DNA of 64,000 bases, taken from contig CAZVWU010000005.1 of assembly GCA_964631205.1 (NCBI GenBank), forward strand, positions 19,711 through 83,710, written 5' to 3'. The stretch comes from an uncultured archaeon. Its GTDB lineage: Archaea; Aenigmatarchaeota; Aenigmatarchaeia; QMZP01; JACQNV01. Below, in pieces: positions 8,840 to 19,000 of this stretch. The translations under genes and the position numbers were made by a program. Positions within the stretch are counted from its first letter, which is position 1, and each line of letters starts with the position of its first letter. The notes under the pieces were generated by a model. It was not told the origin of the DNA, searched no databases, and was given only the letters and a program-made list of their open reading frames with translations.

Positions 8840-11548
8840 TTATTCCAAACGTCCATAATCTCCGTAGAGCCAAGGCGAATATTTTTTGTGTGCTTTATCC
8901 AGTCCAGAGTCAACAGCTATAGAGCCGGCATAAGTAATCGGCACAGAATCGGTGAACTTGCAGGAAGTTGGTTTCTCCCTGTTAACCGGTTCTATTTTGC
9001 AATGTTGTTTGAATATTGGGACAGCGGTGCTGAAATCAAATTCGTCCTTCTCGAATAAGCCGGTCACTTTGAATGAAGGCACAAATGCATTGACATAGTA
9101 TTCGCTGTCTTCTTCCTTCACCTCAAAATCAAATCTCGTTATGCCCTTTATTAAAAAGTCGTGGGATAGTGTTTGGTACCTTCTGCATCCTTGGAAAGCA
9201 GAAAATTTCTTGCAGATTTTTTTCCTGTAAGTGACCTTTTTTGTTGTTGTGACTTCAGCAGTATATTCTTGGGGAGAGAGGTAGTCGATGACACTAGATG
9301 CTTGCGCTGTATGCTGTTTTTGAGGGGTTGTTACGGCTTCTTCGCCAGCCACATCCGCTGTTGCATTGGAAATAATAGCGGCTGTGAATATCGCTGATTC
9401 TCCTGGTTTTATAAATCCGTCCTGTGTTGCATTGGACCATAGAAGCCCGAGGATTTCGGTGTCAGCAGTTGCAGAAAAAATTGTGGATGTTATGGATGCT
9501 GTATTTGATTTGTCTACAAACTTGTGGTCTGACGCGTCTAACTGGAGTTCCACTCTTATTATATTTTGTTTTTCTGGATTGGCAACACGCAAGCTGATTA
9601 TATTCTTTGCTTCGCTTTCGCTCGCATTGATTGTTAACGGGAACTCAACAATATTGGAGGTTGCTGTGCCGTTTTTATAGGTTGTTATTAAATTGCCTTC
9701 AATTGTAGACTCCTGGTTCTGCCATAATGATAGGTCAATAGGCTCTATATCATCCAATAAAGTCTGCCCACCATTGGCCACCACAATTTCTATTTGGTTC
9801 CATGGCCTTTGGGTTTTGGGCTCGAAAGTAACTGATATCGAATCTGCTGTTTCCGGGGTTAGGTCTATTGCAAAAGGGAATTCCAATGTTTTCCTATCAT
9901 CGCTTGTCCTTGGTTGAAAACCGGGATTATATTCTTTATGCGCCGCCTCTGTGAATGGATATGGCGCGTTGACTACAGCTTTGTTGAAATTGAATATTAC
10001 AATGGGGTTTTTCTTTAATACAACATTCTTATTAAGGTCTGACATGCTTACAACATCAAAAAACTGGCCATACTGCGGATTGTAAACATTTAATTCGGAT
10101 ATCCCGCATGCAGAATGGGCTTCAACAATGCCTTCCTGGTCTGTCAACCCGAGAAGGCAGGGGCCTGCTGAGACTTTTGTGTCTGGTATTGGAGTTCCAC
10201 CAGAATCAGAGACGGAAATTTTAACCGGGCACTTCCTATCCCCGCAAGGGTCCTCTATCTCAGTAAAATTCCCTATGACATCGCAATTCCCTATTTCATT
10301 ATTATCTATATATGCCAGTGTCCCAAAATTTAACTCGAAATCGCCTGATTTCACAGTGGCCACTATCGGCATGTTTAAGCTGTATTCTATATCAAACCCG
10401 ACTAGGCAAAATGGTATCCATTGGTGGAGCGGTTTTGCGTTTGTTATCGAAACAGCATTTTGCGAAGGCTGGAAGTTTTTCTGGCTGACCTCAGAGCCCC
10501 TGTGGAATTTTATTTCCAGATCAGGATAAGTTTTGTTATTCAAGTCCGGGATATAATATTCAAGAAATTTCCTATCCTTGGGCGGCGGGTTAACAAGCCT
10601 TTCTGTATATTGTATGAGGTCTTCTCTCTGCTCCTCTGTTATATTTGCAAAGACTGCGTCTATCTCTTTCCTTTTCTCCTCTGGCACTGTTTCCAGCATC
10701 TCAGCAAACGTAAGCCTTTTTCCATCCCCAATAGGCGGCTGCTGCCAGAGCAAGATTTTGGATGCCGCAAAATCCACAATTTTTTCAGCTGCCTTCTCAA
10801 GGTCGTCCCTTGTCCTGAATATGGAATCTCCGCATTTCGACAGCATACCAAGCGTAGGGAAGAACCTTGGGTTTGTGTGGTACATCAAAGATGAAATAAA
10901 AATGTCGAGGTGCCTCTTTTTGGAATTGTCCTGGACAAAATCAGATGCAAAATCGTAGGCCCGTCGAAAAGACACGGGCACATTTATTTTATATGGCTGC
11001 ATGAGGTCAAAGCCTTCCAAGCTGGTTTTCATGTAGACATCTATCGCAATATCCTGGTCCCTGATCAGGACTTCGATATTTTCCCTTCTCGCTGGCTCTA
11101 TTTTTATTTCCTTGCCATAAGACTTTTTGATGGGGGAAAAATCAAAATCTTTTAGCCTATTCTCCAGGCCGAGCTTTATCTCCTCATTTATCCTGTCAAG
11201 GCTTGGTATAAACCTTTTCTGGCAGAGGCCCCAGTATGCGACTTTGCTCCCTGCAAAATTTATATTGTTGGGGGGGGCATTATAATATCCGCCCTGCCTG
11301 CCAATCCTGATGACCGTTTCTTCTGCCGCATTCTGGACAGCCCTTTCAATATCGCTCTTTACCAGCTTTTTCAGGTTTGCTATATTGGCGGGCTCAGGCT
11401 TGACGAGAGTCTGGCTTACAATTAAAGCGATTGTTATCGAGACGATTGCTATCGCGAGGATTATTATGATCTCTGTCTGCCCCTTCAGCCCTTTTCTTTC
11501 CCGAAATAAAAGGCCCGAACGCCCAAAAGAAAGGGGTTTAGTATACAT
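8840..11548 (-). CDS. Module protein A: 902-aa protein with class III (type IV pilin-like) signal peptide; paralogue of 21360..23480
   Basis: RKGLKG/QTEIIIILAIAIVSI; IGRQGGY, CPVKI..CLLGLTDQEG..CGISEL shared with the paralogue. Confidence 0.75.
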   Translation of the reverse strand: MYTKPLSFGRSGLLFRERKGLKGQTEIIIILAIAIVSITIALIVSQTLVKPEPANIANLKKLVKSDIERAVQNAAEETVIRIGRQGGYYNAPPNNINFAGSKVAYWGLCQKRFIPSLDRINEEIKLGLENRLKDFDFSPIKKSYGKEIKIEPARRENIEVLIRDQDIAIDVYMKTSLEGFDLMQPYKINVPVSFRRAYDFASDFVQDNSKKRHLDIFISSLMYHTNPRFFPTLGMLSKCGDSIFRTRDDLEKAAEKIVDFAASKILLWQQPPIGDGKRLTFAEMLETVPEEKRKEIDAVFANITEEQREDLIQYTERLVNPPPKDRKFLEYYIPDLNNKTYPDLEIKFHRGSEVSQKNFQPSQNAVSITNAKPLHQWIPFCLVGFDIEYSLNMPIVATVKSGDFELNFGTLAYIDNNEIGNCDVIGNFTEIEDPCGDRKCPVKISVSDSGGTPIPDTKVSAGPCLLGLTDQEGIVEAHSACGISELNVYNPQYGQFFDVVSMSDLNKNVVLKKNPIVIFNFNKAVVNAPYPFTEAAHKEYNPGFQPRTSDDRKTLEFPFAIDLTPETADSISVTFEPKTQRPWNQIEIVVANGGQTLLDDIEPIDLSLWQNQESTIEGNLITTYKNGTATSNIVEFPLTINASESEAKNIISLRVANPEKQNIIRVELQLDASDHKFVDKSNTASITSTIFSATADTEILGLLWSNATQDGFIKPGESAIFTAAIISNATADVAGEEAVTTPQKQHTAQASSVIDYLSPQEYTAEVTTTKKVTYRKKICKKFSAFQGCRRYQTLSHDFLIKGITRFDFEVKEEDSEYYVNAFVPSFKVTGLFEKDEFDFSTAVPIFKQHCKIEPVNREKPTSCKFTDSVPITYAGSIAVDSGLDKAHKKYSPWLYGDYGRLE
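11484..11528 (-). repeat. Hairpin element H3, in frame within the signal-peptide N-region of gene A
   Basis: Minus strand TTTTGGGCGTTCGGGCCTTTT..AAAAGGGCTGAA matches the intergenic copy at 36255. Confidence 0.65.
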
Positions 11549-11610
11549 ATATACTATAATTGAGCTAACCTGAATAAAAATAAAATATCAGAATTAAAGG
11601 GGCATCAAAA

Positions 11611-12969
11611 TCAGTATCTGCCTGCTCTTTCCCAATAATTATCATCAGCTTCTTCTTGGCTGCCCCTTCTTTTAAGCAGCATAAACAAAACAAGGGCCAC
11701 CAGGACTATCACAACTATTATAAGGACTGTCAGGTCGATCCCGCCTTCTGCTTTCTTGGATGTTTTTTGGGCAGGCTGGATTGTCTCCACACTCTCGGTT
11801 TTGTTGGCTGCCTTGTTTGCAAGGTCGCTGAAAGACCTGAGGTCTTCTGCCAAAGTTGAGTCTTTTGACCTTATTATTGCCTGGTTTATATCAGAAAGCG
11901 CTTTGGAGTCCAGTGCTTCTGTTGTTTTTAGCCTGTTTAAGTCGCAGGAAGCTTCGTTTACAGACAACGAACCCTGCAATGTTTTTGTTGCCTGGCCTTT
12001 TACTGATATTGTGAAGGTATACGAACATTCCGACCCTTCGGCCTCTAATTCTATAATTATATTTTCCCTGTTGGATATGGTTTTTGTTGTGGTGTTAAAG
12101 CCGGACTTTAAACCTCTTGGCAAGCTCAGTTCAACTGCATAATCTTTTTCTTCCCCATAGTTCCTTATCTCAAGGTAATATTTTACTGGCTGGCCTTTTT
12201 TTGTAGAGGCTGATTCAGGCATCAGGGTGGCTGAAAAATTGGCGGATGCGAGGGATTCCGGAGGATCCCGGACTGTTAAAAGTGTGGATGCTGTTTTTGT
12301 GCAGCCTGGGAGAGCGCAGCCCCTCACGACGGCTCTCACATTCAGGATGTTGTCTGTCTGGGTTCTTATCTTCTGGCTGACCACAATTTTTTCCTGGGGC
12401 CTTGTTGTGACAGATAAGGTTTTCCCTGTTTCCAGGATTTCAATGTCCATGTCTAGCCTTATGGTTGAATATATTTCTATCTGGTATTCGCCTTCTATGT
12501 TGGGCTCCAGATATGTCACGGGATCCATCCTTATATCGAAGTATTTCTGGTTCAGGCTCACCACAGCGCAGGGGTTCCCGCTTCCTGTGTCCTGGTCTTC
12601 CTGTTCAGCAACACAGATCCCATAATTGAATTCCTTCTGCTTTCCCCTTGCATCTGCTGTAAACTTAATGATTTTTGTCTGGTTTACAGCCTTTCCAAAG
12701 GTATTGAAGCAGATAGGTATGCTGACAGGGTTTCCAGGGTCAGTGAAGACCTCTGCGCTTGTAAAGTCGCACCATTCGCCGCAATCAGAGCTCAGGCTAA
12801 AAGTTGCAGGGACCCCAAACACGCCAACATCGTCAGGGATTTCAGCATTGATGCATTTCAGCGCCTCCGGCGCCATGGCAAAGTTCGTGCCGTCTTTCAG
12901 CGAGGCTTGAGCGGTTCCGGCAATAACAAGGAAACCTAAAATAAGCATTGCTCCTGTAAGGGATTTCAT
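11611..12969 (-). CDS. Module protein C' (paralogue of 4845..6251)
   Basis: Likely start ATG 12969 (MKSLTGAMLILG..AQA), conserved Cys pattern, C-terminal TM. Confidence 0.75.
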   Translation of the reverse strand: MKSLTGAMLILGFLVIAGTAQASLKDGTNFAMAPEALKCINAEIPDDVGVFGVPATFSLSSDCGEWCDFTSAEVFTDPGNPVSIPICFNTFGKAVNQTKIIKFTADARGKQKEFNYGICVAEQEDQDTGSGNPCAVVSLNQKYFDIRMDPVTYLEPNIEGEYQIEIYSTIRLDMDIEILETGKTLSVTTRPQEKIVVSQKIRTQTDNILNVRAVVRGCALPGCTKTASTLLTVRDPPESLASANFSATLMPESASTKKGQPVKYYLEIRNYGEEKDYAVELSLPRGLKSGFNTTTKTISNRENIIIELEAEGSECSYTFTISVKGQATKTLQGSLSVNEASCDLNRLKTTEALDSKALSDINQAIIRSKDSTLAEDLRSFSDLANKAANKTESVETIQPAQKTSKKAEGGIDLTVLIIVVIVLVALVLFMLLKRRGSQEEADDNYWERAGRY

Positions 12970-13021
12970 AATATTATATTGTTCGACCCGCTTAAAAGAC
13001 AGAAATAGGGCCGCAAAATGC

Positions 13022-13029
13022 TTTATAAA
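13022..13029 (+). promoter_or_regulatory. Archaeal TATA box (also copied at 15088-15095)
   Basis: TTTATAAA about 25 nt upstream of GTG 13054; same motif and spacing before GTG 15119. Confidence 0.55.
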
Positions 13030-13053
13030 GCCTGTTGCCATTCTTAAAATAAG

Positions 13054-14043
13054 GTGAATTTTATTAGCGGCTACCTAAGAGGTTTCATAGACGGGATTTA
13101 TAGTAGGGGCAGAAAAAATTTCAGGGACCTGCTAGCTTTTTCATTGGTTGGGGCTGTTTCTTTCGGATCAATGAAGGGGTATAAATCGTATACAGTGTAT
13201 ATTGAAAGGCGTGAAAAGGAGAGAGCGGCAATAGTAGAAGGGTTCGAGAGCCTTATTGAAGTTGACAGAGACTTAAAGGCAGATTATTCAGAAAAAATAG
13301 GCGCGGAAGCTGCAGAAAGGAAAAGGCTGGAGGCTCAACTCGTAGAGTTGAGAAAAAGATTGGAAAAAGGGATGGGGGATTATTCAACAGAATTAGAAAA
13401 AGACAGGAAAGAGAGGAAAGATTTTATGGCTGAGCTTAAAAAAATCCAGTTTCCCCCTTCCCAGATTCGTGTCGAGTCAACCATTTATCCCGGGCTGACT
13501 GGAAAGCCGTCAACAAAAGAAGAGCGTGCAAAAAAAGCGAGGATTTTGGTTGAGAGAATGAAAGATTCAGGATGCATGGTTAAAAAGAAAGAAATTATGG
13601 CAGAGAGACAAAGCATTGTGCTAGTTAAAAGCCTTGAGACTTCAAGGGGGCGAGCTGTTATTTACTCTATTGAGTGGATAGAAAAAGGAGGAAGAGGTTA
13701 TCAAGAATCTATGCTTGCTCTGGGACTTGATCCGAAAAAACCAATAGATAGTAATGAGATAGAAACCATGGCAAAGAAGTTTTTTGGTTTTTTGGATCAT
13801 TGGGGTGACTCCAGAAAGAGTCTTAGTTATAATGAATCGGCAATGAGGGATGCAGTTTATGAAACTTGCAGAGAAATCGTGATTGATTTTGAGCGCGATG
13901 GCGAACCAGATGGTTTCTTCAGAGACGGGATGAAAAGAGAGCTTGAAAAAGAAGTCGTGGGGATTTTCTACAACGGATTGCTTGATTCTTGCTTACAAGC
14001 CATCCCTGAAACACCCGATCAACCCGCGAACCCTAAAAGGTAG
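13054..14043 (+). CDS. Hypothetical membrane-anchored coiled-coil protein; paralogue of 15119..16087 with an unrelated C-terminal domain
   Basis: First ~85 aa and last ~10 aa (ETPDQPANPK) shared with 15119..16087; middle not alignable by eye. Confidence 0.7.
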   Translation: MNFISGYLRGFIDGIYSRGRKNFRDLLAFSLVGAVSFGSMKGYKSYTVYIERREKERAAIVEGFESLIEVDRDLKADYSEKIGAEAAERKRLEAQLVELRKRLEKGMGDYSTELEKDRKERKDFMAELKKIQFPPSQIRVESTIYPGLTGKPSTKEERAKKARILVERMKDSGCMVKKKEIMAERQSIVLVKSLETSRGRAVIYSIEWIEKGGRGYQESMLALGLDPKKPIDSNEIETMAKKFFGFLDHWGDSRKSLSYNESAMRDAVYETCREIVIDFERDGEPDGFFRDGMKRELEKEVVGIFYNGLLDSCLQAIPETPDQPANPKR

Positions 14044-14049
14044 TTTTAT

Positions 14050-14163
14050 TTAGGGCTTGCTTTTTGGAACAGCTATAACTGTGACACCATCTGATTCAAC
14101 CGGATCTTTATCATCAATATCTTTTATAGAAGACAGTTTTACTTTTATTTTATAGGGCTGGCC
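14050..14163 (-). pseudogene. Orphan C-terminal relic of protein B'
   Basis: Translates GQPYKIKVKLSSIKDIDDKDPVESDGVTVIAVPKSKP*, versus the B' end GTSYKIKVKLEMGGIQGDVESNEVTVIAVPKSKPK*; upstream in-frame stop at 14188-14190. Confidence 0.85.
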
Positions 14164-14274
14164 GCCCCTGCAATCTGGCCTATATCGCTATCGAAGGGTT
14201 GCATGGCGTCACCTAAGATTGGGGAGGCCTGTTGTTGAGTCTGGTTTATTAATTCCTGTTCCAATTATTGTGAT

Positions 14275-14766
14275 ATGATTCTCATCGACACTTCAGTATA
14301 TATAGCCGCTGAAGAAGATGGCTCTATTGAAAAATTGTTAGAGCAGATTTCAGAAAAGATGTTTATACATTCATGTGATGTTATAGAAAAGGAGATTAAT
14401 CTCGCCGCTGATTTTTTAAGAAGGACCGATAGAAAAATTGAATCAGAAAAATTAAAAGCCATCTATGAAAAAATAAAAGAAGGCAACATTAGAACAAGTG
14501 AAAGGATACTAAGGCTGTCTGAAGACTATCATTCTGAAGCTTCACAGCTCTCTAAAAAGGATCATAAAAAGATAAAAGCCGATTTTTTGATAGTGGCCTC
14601 TGCATCTGTAGCTGGGGTAAAAAAAATCCTGTCTTTTAACAGGAAAACAATGGCATCTGAACAGACCATAAAAGTATACAATATAGTAAATACCAGAAAT
14701 AATTGCAAAACACCTGCATTTTTGACAACAAAAGAAGAATTAAGAAAGCTCTTGGAGTCTCTTTAG
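14275..14766 (+). CDS. PIN-domain (VapC-like) protein
   Basis: MILIDTSVYIA, VIEKEI, ADFLIVASA, ILSFN. Confidence 0.7.
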   Translation: MILIDTSVYIAAEEDGSIEKLLEQISEKMFIHSCDVIEKEINLAADFLRRTDRKIESEKLKAIYEKIKEGNIRTSERILRLSEDYHSEASQLSKKDHKKIKADFLIVASASVAGVKKILSFNRKTMASEQTIKVYNIVNTRNNCKTPAFLTTKEELRKLLESL

Positions 14767-14904
14767 TTTAAGCCGATTTCTGCGCTCCTTTTCGATATTC
14801 TCATTTACCATTTCATCTATTTCGTCAGCAGCCTGCTCTCTGATAAACCTGGTAAACTCTACAGCATCCATCATTTTTCCATTCACTTCAATCCCTTTTT
14901 TCAT
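14740..14904 (-). CDS. Small helical protein, 54 aa, not in ORF track
   Basis: MKKGIEVNGKMMDAVEFTRFIREQAADEIDEMVNENIEKERRNRLKLKRLQELS*; TATTTAAG about 22 nt upstream. Confidence 0.5.
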   Translation of the reverse strand: MKKGIEVNGKMMDAVEFTRFIREQAADEIDEMVNENIEKERRNRLKLKRLQELS

Positions 14905-15118
14905 GATTTATATATAGGCCGGGTACTTAAATAGCTTGCAGGCTTCAATGGTGTGTCTAATCGGTGTTCATATATTCCGGGAAAAGAGGCCTGTGAAACA
15001 CATGAATCACCGGATATATATTATTGGTTAACCGTTAACTGACTGAAAAGTGTAACCTTAAGAAGTTTACTTTACGCCACCGAATGCTTTATAAAGCCCC
15101 TTTTCATTTTTTAATAAG

Positions 15119-16087
15119 GTGGATTTTATCAGATACCTAAGCGGTTTGGTGGACGGGATTTATAACAGCAGGAAAACCAGGGACCTGCTCGCTTTTTCAT
15201 TAGTGGCGGCTTTGCCTTTCGCATCAATAAAGGGGTATAAAGCATACACAGGGTATATTGAAAGGCGTGAAAAGGAGAAAGCGGCAATAGTAAAGGGGTT
15301 CGAGGACTTTAGTGAAGCTGAGAAGGCCTTGCGCGCAGATTATTCAGGAAAAATAGGCGCGCTGGAGGCTGAACTCGGGGAGCTGAGAACAAAATTGGAA
15401 AAAATAGGGGACCTTGAAAAAGTCCAGTGGCCAAAGGCAGAGGCAGGACCCTTGCCTATTCCTAAAAAGAAAAAACTTTCACCAGAAGAGAAAAAAGAGG
15501 CCGCTGAGAGGAGGCAGGTTAAAGCCATCAGGCTTGCCAATTACATCAAAAGCACTGCCACTATAGTAAACCATAAAGGGCTTATTGAAATATATTTTGA
15601 AGGCTATGGAGACGAGAGGCGTAGCTTTAACATGATAGAATTCAATTTGCCACTTAAAACTCATCTCGGAAACTGCAATGCGTATTATCTGGAATTTAAT
15701 ACCGGAAATATTTTTGCTGATGACATAAGAAAGATGCTTGTTCTTGGGGTAAATTCAAGAGACCCCAACAAACAATGCTCTTTAGCTGATAGTCTTGCTT
15801 CCGATACTATCAGAGTTAACAATAGAGATGCATCAGATCCCAGAAACGGCAATATACGTGTATTTCTTGCCGCAAAGAGAAATTTTGAATATGTGATCGG
15901 TGAGCCGGCTAAGTACAGGATATTTGGTGATGCACAGGTAGCGTTTCATAGAGAGGCGGAATGGCTTTTCCCAAACGAAGATGAGATGAACCAAAAATAC
16001 GAAGAATTATTAGACATATTTACAATTGTGGCTTCTACCGCTGAACCTAGCTCTGAAACTCCCAATCAACCCGCGAACCCTAAGTAG
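15119..16087 (+). CDS. Hypothetical membrane-anchored coiled-coil protein; paralogue of 13054..14043
   Basis: RDLLAFSLV..YIERREKE(K/R)AAIV.GFE shared; ends ETPNQPANPK. Confidence 0.7.
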   Translation: MDFIRYLSGLVDGIYNSRKTRDLLAFSLVAALPFASIKGYKAYTGYIERREKEKAAIVKGFEDFSEAEKALRADYSGKIGALEAELGELRTKLEKIGDLEKVQWPKAEAGPLPIPKKKKLSPEEKKEAAERRQVKAIRLANYIKSTATIVNHKGLIEIYFEGYGDERRSFNMIEFNLPLKTHLGNCNAYYLEFNTGNIFADDIRKMLVLGVNSRDPNKQCSLADSLASDTIRVNNRDASDPRNGNIRVFLAAKRNFEYVIGEPAKYRIFGDAQVAFHREAEWLFPNEDEMNQKYEELLDIFTIVASTAEPSSETPNQPANPK

Positions 16088-16089
16088 TA

Positions 16090-19000
16090 TTATTTGGGCT
16101 TGCTTTTTGGAACAGCTATAACCGTGACCTCATTTGATTCAACATCTCCCTGAATGCCACCCATTTCGAGCTTTACTTTTATTTTGTAAGAGGTGCCGGC
16201 TGTTACTGATTCCCTTTCTACCAAAAGTTCAGCCCTGCCATTATTAATTATTGCTTTCTGTTTGGCGTCAGTATTATCAATTGCCAGCAATGCTTCAGCA
16301 TGTTCCTCACCATTTTCCACTTTTACTTTAAAAGAAAGTTTTGTACCATCAAAATTTTCATCAAACACTGTGATATGAGGCACCTTAATCTCCCTCTTTA
16401 CTTCTTTTATCTTTTCGTCCTCGAGGGTTGCCTCATTTTTAAAGTCCTCAAATGATTGGTCTGTGAAATGAAGGCGGAGCATATCTTTTATAGGTGTTGC
16501 TTGTTTTATAGTCAGATCACTGTTTTGCCTTAATTTTTCGTTTCCAGCTGCCTTTACATGGCCAGGGAAAAAGGTTATTATCATGTTATTCTGCAACTCA
16601 GCGAAGGTGTTAGAACTGGATTTTGAATTCAGATCATTTATGTTATCCTTTATTAGTTGTGCAGTTTTCTCCCTAATTAACTCAAATTCGTAATTAGTGG
16701 CATCATTTTTAAATTTTATTATCAGATTATCTGTGGGTTTGCCATCAGGCCCTTTTTCTTTTTGTATACTCACCACCCTAAACGGCAGGGAAGAGTAGAC
16801 CCCACTGTCAAACTTGCCTCTGGAAAGGCTGTCTTGCTTGAATTTTACGGTACCTGTTTTTTTGCCAATAAATTCGCCTACCGTTTTGGTATTTGGGTGG
16901 ACTGCTTCCTCAATGATTATGGAATCAATTATGTCTGAAATACTGGGGTCTGACAGCTTCAGATTTTTATTCTCAATTGCCAGCGGCCTTGCTCCAGTCT
17001 CTGAAAATGCTATCAAAACTCCTTCTTTGAGTTGTTCACGGTTTTTGATTGTTGCAGCATTTGGATGTTTTGTTGTGTCTGCGAAATACATCACATCGCC
17101 CGGACTCAGGTCAGCTATTTTAGTAGCGGATTTCAGGTTCCTGAAAACTGATTTTCCTATTTTTGTGGTATCAGATCTGGAGACATCAGCTTTACTGTAG
17201 CCGAAATCTACATCAAGCTCGATTTTTCTCTTCTCGGGATCCCCAGACTTTGGTATGCAGGTATATTTAACCACATACGTCCCCTGATCTAAATCAGGTA
17301 TCTTTGCTTCGGCGTCATCCGGCTTTAGCACGATTCTCTTTGACTTGCCTGTTGAGAAGGCTCCTCCAACATAGTCGGCTTTTTTCCCGTATTCCACCAA
17401 ACAGTTTTCAAGTTCAACAGCTTCACCCTGGATTTTTTTATTTGAGAGCATGACAATCGCCTCTTTCTGGTTAACCCTGTATTCGCATGTCCTTGTGAGC
17501 TCTGATTTTGTGCTGTCTACCCTTATTCCATGTATAGCCACGCCAAGTTCTTTTGACGGGACCAGCCATAGCTTCCCTTCCTCTGGGCATCCTTCAAGCG
17601 GCTGACCTATGTTGGCGGCAATATTCCTTCCGGGCAGCTGTGAGCAGTCCTGCCTGTAGGTGACCGTGAGGCTTTCACGCTGCGTCAGCTTGGGGCAGTC
17701 ATATTCAAACACATATTCGCCGTCTGCAGGGTCGCCTATGTTGAAGATCGCAGGCGCATTCTGGGGACTGCTTGGGCCTGCCGTGAGGCCTAACAGCTGC
17801 TTGAGGCTTCTCGGCTCTGCAGTTGCGTCCTTTATGCCTGTGAGGATAAGGGATGTCTTGGATTTTATTATATTTGTGTGCTGGGTAAGCTTGATGTCAG
17901 TTAGCGTGTCTTTACCTATTTCATCTTTTATTGATTTGGCCTCTACTTCTATCTGGGCTGCTGCATTTTTGACAGCTGCGCTTGCAGTTATTGTTTTGTC
18001 ATTCGGGTCTGCAAGCCTGCTGGCCTGGCTTTGGATTTCAAACGCCAGCGACTCTATCCCCTCAAGAGTCTTTTTCTTTTGATTTTGCAGGGCGTTTTTA
18101 TCGCCCAGGTAATCTGGTTTCTCCAGCTCCCTGTCTATCCTTCTCAATTCAACTGCGTAAGACGTCTCAAGGTTAGTGGCACGGACATCTATATTGTTGA
18201 CAGCTGTCCTCAGCGCGTCTGTGACCCCCGAAGCCTGCTTCCTGTATTTGATGTCCCAATTCCCGCCGCAGACGAAATTGTTGCCGTTCTCAAGCTCAAA
18301 TATCACCTGGTCCTGCCCGCATGCCTCATTTGTCCTCTCGAAGTTCTGGCCTGTCTGTGTGTTCTTTGCAGTCATTGAAAACCCGATCTTCCTGTACTGG
18401 TTTGCATAGTTTTGGAAGTCAGTTGTCCTCTGGTCAACATAATTATTCAGACCTTGGAGTGTATTTGATGCAGCCCCAAGATACTGGTTGTTGCAGGATG
18501 TAAATTGCGCAACGCAGTTCAGCGCGGCCTGCCCTGCCTGCTGGGGGTTCTCAGGGTCTGCCCCATTGCAGAGGCCGTCGCCGATATTGTGGATGTTAAT
18601 GTCCATGCACAGCATGAAAGACTGTATTTCCGTGAGCGCTTTCGCCATCTGCGTGTGGATGCTCATCATGGTCTCAGCAACTTTGCAGACAGCAAGGCCT
18701 GCAGTTGTCAGCTGCCCAATCCCCTGCAGGAAAGCCCCTATCGCAGTAAAAGCAGTATTCTGCCCCTTGTCATTGGCCTGGTTGGCGGCATTGTTGATTA
18801 TTGTGATCGGATTCCCCCTTGCTTCCGGGTTTTTCGGGTCGCCTATCCCAGTCACAGTTCCAGGGGTAAGGCCAGAAATTACTTGTGGATGAAATGCTGA
18901 TTGTGGCAGTTTCGTGGCCCTTAAGTTTGCTTTATTTGGATCTATCCTAACAAGATCGTCTGCGTATTGGTTTTGTTCACCGTCAACAGATAATATGTGA

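Noticed and set aside
13054..16087. Diversity-generating retroelement template/variable repeat pair
   Set aside because: Differences between repeats are not confined to adenines and no reverse transcriptase is in the window
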